DNA from: Desulfamplus sp.
Lineage (GTDB): Bacteria; Desulfobacterota; Desulfobacteria; Desulfobacterales; Desulfobacteraceae
Length of the DNA stretch: 33,242 bases
Direction: 5' to 3'
NCBI GenBank assembly: GCA_015233755.1
Contig: JADFXA010000002.1
Span: forward strand, 1-33,242
Shown here piece after piece: positions 27,987 to 33,242 of this stretch (within the stretch, counting starts at the first letter, position 1; each line of letters opens with the position of its first letter). Below the pieces are notes generated by a model. The model saw only the letters and a list, made by a program, of their open reading frames with translations, was not told the origin of the DNA and ran no database searches. The translations under genes and the position numbers were made by a program.

Positions 27987-29360
27987 GTGACAATAAAAAT
28001 ATTCTTAAATGAAGATGAGATTCCAAGACAGTGGTATAACATTGCAGCAGACCTTCCAGGAACTATGAATCCACCACTTGGACCAGATGGGAAACCAATA
28101 TCGCCCGATATGCTTGCTCCCGTCTTTCCCATGAACCTAATTGAGCAGGAGGTAAGTCAAGAGCGTTGGATTGACATTCCAGAGGGAATTCTTGACCTTT
28201 TATATCGCTGGAGACCATCTCCATTAAGGCGTGCGATATATCTTGAACAATATCTTCAAACACCTGCAAAAATCTTTTTTAAAGATGAGAGCGTCTCACC
28301 TGCTGGAAGCCACAAACCAAATACTGCCGTTGCCCAGGCATGGTATAATAAAGAGTTTGGAATTAAAAAACTTACAACTGAAACTGGTGCAGGTCAATGG
28401 GGTTGTGCACTATCTTATGCCTGCCGTCTTCTCAACATGGAGTGTAAGGTTTTTATGGTAAGAATAAGTTTTGACCAGAAACCTTTTAGAAAAACTATGA
28501 TGGAGACTTGGGGCGGAACTTGCATTGCAAGTCCTTCAAACCAAACTGCCGCTGGTCGTGATATTCTTGCTAAATATCCAGATACACCCGGAAGCCTTGG
28601 AATTGCAATCAGCGAAGCAGTTGAAGCAGCCGTAACTGACCCAACAGGTCAGACGCGTTACGCTTTAGGAAGTGTATTAAACCATGTTATGCTGCACCAA
28701 ACAATCATTGGCCTTGAAGCAAAAAAACAGCTTGCAAAAGCTGGTATCAAGAAAGTTGATACGGTTATCGGCTGTGCAGGTGGTGGAAGTAACTTTGCTG
28801 GTATTGCGTTTCCATTTGCACTTGATAAGATAAATGGAGCTGATATTGAGATTATTCCAGTAGAACCAGCATCATGCCCAACCCTTACCCGCGGCCCTTA
28901 TGTTTATGATCATGGCGATGTGGCAAAAATGACACCGATGCTGCCTATGCATTCATTAGGTCATGATTTTATTCCAGCTCCAATACATGCTGGCGGATTG
29001 AGGTATCATGGAATGGCTCCTCTTGTTTCTCATGCTGTTGCCCACGGCTTAATGTCTCCAATGGCACTAAAACAGCTTGAATGCTATGAAGCTGCAATGA
29101 TATTTGCTAAAACCGAAGGCATGATTGTTGCACCTGAAACCAGTCATGCAGTTGCAGCAACTATTAAAAAGGCATTGCAGGCAAAAGAAGAGGGCAAAGA
29201 GAGGGTAATACTTTTTAATCTTAGCGGTCATGGTTTGATGGATCTAAATGGTTACAGCAAATATATGGCAGGAGAGCTTCAAAATGCAGAGCTTTCCCAA
29301 AAAGAGCTTGATGAAACCTTAGAAAGAAGCGTAAAAGGAAATCCTATTCCCTCTTTATAA
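27987..29360 (+). CDS. trpB2: TrpB2-type tryptophan synthase beta-like PLP enzyme
   Basis: [22 protein letters not shown] (PLP Lys), [48 protein letters not shown]; GTG start with AAGGAG RBS. Confidence 0.95.
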   Translation: MTIKIFLNEDEIPRQWYNIAADLPGTMNPPLGPDGKPISPDMLAPVFPMNLIEQEVSQERWIDIPEGILDLLYRWRPSPLRRAIYLEQYLQTPAKIFFKDESVSPAGSHKPNTAVAQAWYNKEFGIKKLTTETGAGQWGCALSYACRLLNMECKVFMVRISFDQKPFRKTMMETWGGTCIASPSNQTAAGRDILAKYPDTPGSLGIAISEAVEAAVTDPTGQTRYALGSVLNHVMLHQTIIGLEAKKQLAKAGIKKVDTVIGCAGGGSNFAGIAFPFALDKINGADIEIIPVEPASCPTLTRGPYVYDHGDVAKMTPMLPMHSLGHDFIPAPIHAGGLRYHGMAPLVSHAVAHGLMSPMALKQLECYEAAMIFAKTEGMIVAPETSHAVAATIKKALQAKEEGKERVILFNLSGHGLMDLNGYSKYMAGELQNAELSQKELDETLERSVKGNPIPSL

Positions 29361-29468
29361 ACTTGTTTGACCTTTATGCTACAATTTAATTTTTTGTTAT
29401 GCTAACTATATAGTTGGCATTATATAAATTGTTAAACAAGATAAAGAATAAGGAGAATAAAAAGCAAA

Positions 29469-30047
29469 ATGGCAGAACTTAAAGGAAGTGAGACAGAAAA
29501 AAATATACTAAAAGCATTTGCAGGTGAATCTCAGGCAAGAAATCGCTACAGCTATTTTGCAAGCAAAGCAAAGAATGAAGGCTTTGTACAGATGGCTGAT
29601 ATTTTTGAAGAGACCGCAAATCAAGAGAAAGAACATGCAAAAAGGCTTTTTAAATTTCTTGAAACAGGAAGAGAAATTGAGATAACAGCATCATTTCCTG
29701 CTGGAACAATTGGGGCAACTAAAGACAATTTAACCGCATCTGCTGCTGGAGAACACCATGAGCATACTGTAATGTATCCTGCATTTGCAGCAAAGGCTCG
29801 TGAAGAGGGTTTTGATAAAATTGCAGATGTCTTTATGGCAATTGCGGTTGCAGAAAAACAGCATGAAAAAAGATTTTTGGATCTAAAAGCCAATATTGAA
29901 AATGGCAAAGTGTTCAAACGCACACCTGCTGTTAAGTGGAGATGCAGAAATTGCGGTTATGTACATCAAGGTGAAGATGCTCCAGATGAGTGTCCAGCAT
30001 GTGCTCATGCTCAGGCGCATTTTGAGCTTCTTGGAGAGAATTACTAA
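29469..30047 (+). CDS. rbr: Rubrerythrin
   Basis: AFAGESQARNRY, EKEH, GEHHE..MY, EKQH; C-terminal WRCRNCGY..CPAC. Confidence 0.96.
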   Translation: MAELKGSETEKNILKAFAGESQARNRYSYFASKAKNEGFVQMADIFEETANQEKEHAKRLFKFLETGREIEITASFPAGTIGATKDNLTASAAGEHHEHTVMYPAFAAKAREEGFDKIADVFMAIAVAEKQHEKRFLDLKANIENGKVFKRTPAVKWRCRNCGYVHQGEDAPDECPACAHAQAHFELLGENY

Positions 30048-30131
30048 ATATTTTTTTCTCTATTTTAAGCCTATCGGTTAGGACAAGCATAATCATAAAC
30101 TCAAACAATAAAGATAAAGGAGATACTTTAA

Positions 30132-30506
30132 ATGGCAGAAAAATATGGAATTTATAAATGTGAAAAATGTGGAAATATTGCAGAAGTTCTTCACGCAGCT
30201 AAACCACCAATGAGCTGCTGTAATCAACCTATGACTATTTTGACTGAAAACACCGTTGATGCTTCAAAAGAAAAGCATGTTCCAGTTATTGAAAAAATTG
30301 AAGGTGGATACCTTGTAAAAGTTGGAAGTGTTGCCCATCCAATGGAAGAGAAACACCTTATTGAGTGGATTGAGCTTAATGCTGATGGTATGGTTTACAG
30401 AAAATTCCTAAAACCTGGTGATGCCCCAGAAGCAAAATTCCTAACTGATGCCCAAAATGTTACTGCAAGAGAGTTCTGCAATCTTCATGGATTTTGGAAA
30501 GCATAA
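30132..30506 (+). CDS. dfx: Desulfoferrodoxin (2Fe superoxide reductase)
   Basis: [10 protein letters not shown] desulforedoxin domain; EKHVP, HPMEEKH, CNLHG. Confidence 0.96.
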   Translation: MAEKYGIYKCEKCGNIAEVLHAAKPPMSCCNQPMTILTENTVDASKEKHVPVIEKIEGGYLVKVGSVAHPMEEKHLIEWIELNADGMVYRKFLKPGDAPEAKFLTDAQNVTAREFCNLHGFWKA

Positions 30507-30539
30507 CTAAAGCTTAGTTAAAAAAATAAAATATAAGTT

Positions 30540-30584
30540 AAAGCAGTGTATAGCCATTGATAGTAGGAATACACTGCTTTTTTA
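30540..30584. terminator. Intrinsic terminator between convergent dfx and DsrE-like genes
   Basis: AAAGCAGTGTAT...ATACACTGCTTT followed by a T-run. Confidence 0.7.
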
Positions 30585-30591
30585 TTATGTC

Positions 30592-30939
30592 CTAAAATGT
30601 AATAATTTCAAACCCATTTTTTATATACTCTGACATGCTGACATGACCAGACATATCATCTAAAAGCTTTAGTCTCTGGCTTACAGCATCATCAAGAGTG
30701 CCAAGTTTTTGAGCGCAAGCTTTACAGACGCCATCGACAATATTTGCGTCTAAAGCCTTCTTCCATAATCCGTTCAAGATATTTTCAGGTTTTATAAGTT
30801 CAGGCACAAGTTTAACAGATGCACCTTCAAGAATAACTTTAACCTCATCACCTTTTGAGTGCATATCAAGTCCATTCAAAAGAACATGAATAAAGCACAT
30901 AGGATCGCCATTAAATACAAACAAAGCGTTTTTTGACAT
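30592..30939 (-). CDS. DsrE-like small protein
   Basis: F.FNGDPMCFIHVLLN.LD, EVKVILEGASVK, VCKACA, SGHVSM..Y...GFEIITF. Confidence 0.75.
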   Translation of the reverse strand: MSKNALFVFNGDPMCFIHVLLNGLDMHSKGDEVKVILEGASVKLVPELIKPENILNGLWKKALDANIVDGVCKACAQKLGTLDDAVSQRLKLLDDMSGHVSMSEYIKNGFEIITF

Positions 30940-30944
30940 AGTTA

Positions 30945-32135
30945 TTACTCTCCAATAATCTTTTGCCCTATTTTACGCCCCATCTCAAAGCACTTTTCAA
31001 GAGCTGCTTTATCAGGCACATACTGAATCTTTAAACCATCATCAACTATCTCCATACCCATTGCCTGAAACTCCTGATTCAATATTTTAACTGCTTCCCC
31101 ACTCCAGCCATAAGAGCCAAATGCGGCAGCCATTCTGTTTTTAGGTTTTAAACCTTTTATATATGTCATAACATCGGCAATTACGGGAAAAATCCCATTG
31201 TTTAGGGTTGGAGATCCAACAATCAATGCCTTTGCATCTAAAACTTCAGTCATAATATCACTTCTGTGGCATTTGCGTGTGTTCATAAGTCTAACACTTA
31301 CTCCAAGAGACTCTACACCTTTTGCAATCTCTCTTGCCATTTTTGCTGTGCTATTCCACATTGTGTCAAAGATAACAACAGCCTTTTTACTTAACTCTTG
31401 GCGACTCCATTTATCATAAGCACTAATAATTTTAGATGGATTATCTCTCCATATTACGCCGTGATCTGGGCATATCATCTTTATTTCAAGACCTGATTCA
31501 GTAACGCTTTTTAGAAGCTCTTGAACTCTTGAAGAGTAGTTAAGTAAAATATTCCCATAATATTTTGCAGCGTGAGACATAATTTGCTCACCTATCTCAT
31601 CATCAAATAAGCAATCACCAGCATAGTGCTGACCAAAAGCATCGCTTGAAAAGAGGATTTTCTCATCTTTTAAGTATGTGAACATGCTGTCAGGCCAGTG
31701 AAGCATTTTTGTCTCAATAAACGATAGAGTTCTTTTTCCAATGTTAAGTTCTCCCCCATTTTCAACACTTTTAAGGTTCAAAGGGCGTGAAAAATGGCTT
31801 TTGAGGTTTTTCTCTCCCATTTTGGAACATAAGACAGTTTTGTCTTGTCCAATTCTGTGCATCACAGTTGGGAGAGCCCCTGAGTGATCCATCTCTGTGT
31901 GGTTGCTTATCACTATATCAATTTTTGATGGATCTATGATTTTGCTAATATTATCAAGAAGTTCGTCAGCAAACTCTTTCTTAACTGTGTCTATAAGAAC
32001 ATTTTTTTCATCCAATATTAAGAAGGCATTGTAAGATGTTCCTTCATAGGTTGAATATCCATGGAAATCACGAATATCCCAATCACGGCATCCAACTGAA
32101 TAGATGCCATCTGCAATTTGAACTGGTTTAAACAT
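30945..32135 (-). CDS. fprA: Flavodiiron protein (FprA/Roo, O2/NO reductase)
   Basis: GTSYNAFL, NHTEMDHSG, HWPDSM, SSDAFG, PDHG; flavodoxin domain TMWNST, GSPT, FGSYGWSGE. Confidence 0.95.
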   Translation of the reverse strand: MFKPVQIADGIYSVGCRDWDIRDFHGYSTYEGTSYNAFLILDEKNVLIDTVKKEFADELLDNISKIIDPSKIDIVISNHTEMDHSGALPTVMHRIGQDKTVLCSKMGEKNLKSHFSRPLNLKSVENGGELNIGKRTLSFIETKMLHWPDSMFTYLKDEKILFSSDAFGQHYAGDCLFDDEIGEQIMSHAAKYYGNILLNYSSRVQELLKSVTESGLEIKMICPDHGVIWRDNPSKIISAYDKWSRQELSKKAVVIFDTMWNSTAKMAREIAKGVESLGVSVRLMNTRKCHRSDIMTEVLDAKALIVGSPTLNNGIFPVIADVMTYIKGLKPKNRMAAAFGSYGWSGEAVKILNQEFQAMGMEIVDDGLKIQYVPDKAALEKCFEMGRKIGQKIIGE

Positions 32136-32232
32136 TATAAATTCTCCTAATACTTAAAAAATTTTACAATTAAAAAATATCTATAAAGCTATTTTAACTT
32201 CTTAGATCTAAACTAACAGTTAAAATCATCTT

Positions 32233-32283
32233 TCATAGAATATGCCAATTTTTTTCAAATATTTATTATGGCATATTTCTTGA
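32233..32283. promoter_or_regulatory. Back-to-back sigma54-like -24/-12 elements or palindromic operator in the divergent fprA/hypothetical spacer
   Basis: Plus strand TGGCAT-ATTTC-TTGA (32269-32283); minus strand TGGCAT-ATTCT-ATGA (32247-32233); both have GA instead of the consensus GC at -12. Confidence 0.4.
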
Positions 32284-32432
32284 TATTCTGTTAAGAATTT
32301 AAAGCGTTTCAATATAATGTATTTTAGTTGTATTGGCTTATCAAATTTTACACACACTATGTTTAATTCTTTTCATGAGTCAATTATTTAAAATTAGCAA
32401 CTATCTAAAAATTATTTTTAAGGAGAAATCAA

Positions 32433-32771
32433 ATGAAAATCAACATTGACAAAAATCTTGTAGAATTCACCCCTGAAACAGCCGATGAAAGAATGAAATT
32501 AGAAGCACTTTGGAGAACAGTTGTTGATTGTGTAAGATTTAATAAAAAACTTGTTCCAGTAGGACAATATGTTCCGGCAAAAGACACATTTGCAAGATTT
32601 GCGATTGAAGGGCTTGAGCCAGCTTCTACTGGTTCAAAAGAGGTATATCCAGAAGTATATGCAGATTCTGATTGCAGATGCTACTGTCAGACCTGTAATA
32701 AATATGTCGAATTAAAAAAAGGTGATAGAATTCCACCTTGCTGCGGAAAACTTATGGAAGTTCTTGATTAA
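32433..32771 (+). CDS. Hypothetical protein with C-terminal desulforedoxin-like CxxC..CC motif
   Basis: AAGGAG RBS; C-terminal CRCYCQTCNKYVELKKGDRIPPCCGKLME parallels the Dfx N-terminus [14 protein letters not shown]. Confidence 0.75.
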   Translation: MKINIDKNLVEFTPETADERMKLEALWRTVVDCVRFNKKLVPVGQYVPAKDTFARFAIEGLEPASTGSKEVYPEVYADSDCRCYCQTCNKYVELKKGDRIPPCCGKLMEVLD

Positions 32772-32839
32772 TCTCTTTGGATTGATCTTTATTGATTGTT
32801 CTTTGATTGACTGAATTAATGAATAAAACTTAGAATCAG

Positions 32840-32872
32840 ATGTGTCTCATTTCTCTACTCTATGAGACACAT
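32840..32872. terminator. Stem-loop between the two small Cys-rich genes (terminator or processing site)
   Basis: ATGTGTCTCAT...ATGAGACACAT 11-bp stem followed by a short T-run. Confidence 0.5.
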
Positions 32873-32937
32873 TTAATAACTTTAATTTCTATAACTTTGA
32901 TATTTTTAGAACTGAACTACTTAGAGGAGAAAGAACT

Positions 32938-33099
32938 ATGACAAGCTGGATTTGTGATAAATGTGGCTATAAACTTAACGCAGATACGCCACCAGAAGAG
33001 TGTCCATCATGCAAAAACAAGTGTTCTTTTGTTGATAATTCATGTTACACACCAGATTGCACAGGCAAGGGAAACGATCCGAGAATTGGAAACAAATAA
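32938..33099 (+). CDS. 53-aa rubredoxin-like protein with seven cysteines (absent from the ORF track)
   Basis: GAGGAG RBS; MTSWICDKCGYKLNADTPPEECPSCKNKCSFVDNSCYTPDCTGKGNDPRIGNK, stop TAA at 33097-33099. Confidence 0.88.
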   Translation: MTSWICDKCGYKLNADTPPEECPSCKNKCSFVDNSCYTPDCTGKGNDPRIGNK

Positions 33100-33122
33100 A
33101 ATATCTATTCTCTCAAACTAAG

Positions 33123-33156
33123 ATCGTAGGGACAACTTAAACATCGCCCCTACGAT
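33123..33156. repeat. GTAG-type REP-like palindrome / terminator
   Basis: ATCGTAGGG...CCCTACGAT; extends to a 13-bp stem with two G-U pairs on the minus-strand RNA. Confidence 0.55.
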
Positions 33157-33242
33157 TTAAAGCAGCTCTCCAGCTTTACCAATAAAATAATTTAGCTATA
33201 CTATTATCAATAATATATTGTAGGATCAGCTATATTAGCCTC

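Noticed and set aside
29401-29418. Near-palindrome GCTAACTATATAGTTGGC upstream of rbr as a PerR/Fur box
   Set aside because: It does not match the Fur or PerR consensus I know and no second copy was found upstream of fprA; left uncalled.
29-31419. Numerous 60-150 aa ORFs antisense to or overlapping the main genes (e.g. 3559-3879, 11491-11949, 14531-14899, 25312-25644, 29621-29923)
   Set aside because: They lie over well-supported CDSs and show no recognisable motifs; typical shadow ORFs.
32772-32825. Short degenerate CTTT(G)ATTGA repeats as a possible CRISPR or iteron array
   Set aside because: Only three imperfect 9-11 nt units with no spacers, and no cas or rep gene.

Overview
AT-rich bacterial chromosomal window; gene content and style suggest a sulfate-reducing Desulfobacterales/Desulfobacteraceae organism (inference). 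About 30 CDSs, with no rRNA, tRNA, CRISPR array, transposase or integrase recognised. Left to right: a 5'-truncated CBS-ACT (AcuB-like) gene; a coupled CheY-like/CheC-like/PAS-GGDEF operon; rocD; a sigma54 enhancer-binding protein with an unrecognised N-terminal domain; a YihG-like acyltransferase; a minus-strand block (rhomboid fused to a DnaJ C-terminal domain, degenerate SLOG/MoCo-carrier protein, small secreted 4-Cys protein, dynamin-like GTPase, YqgE/AlgH, manC); a secreted beta-helix protein coupled to a hybrid kinase; a DUF2520/PanG-like gene plus ABC-2 exporter; a DUF4838-like protein, crotonase, acyl-CoA dehydrogenase, VapBC-like toxin-antitoxin pair and COG4313/SphA-type outer-membrane channel divergent from trpB2; and an oxygen-defence cluster (rbr, dfx, DsrE-like, fprA). 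That cluster is flanked by two uncharacterised Cys-rich small proteins, one missed by the ORF track. Intergenic regions carry several REP/MITE-like palindromes, and many proteins carry in-frame low-complexity loop insertions with visible tandem-duplication scars. All family assignments come from motif recognition by eye, not database searches.
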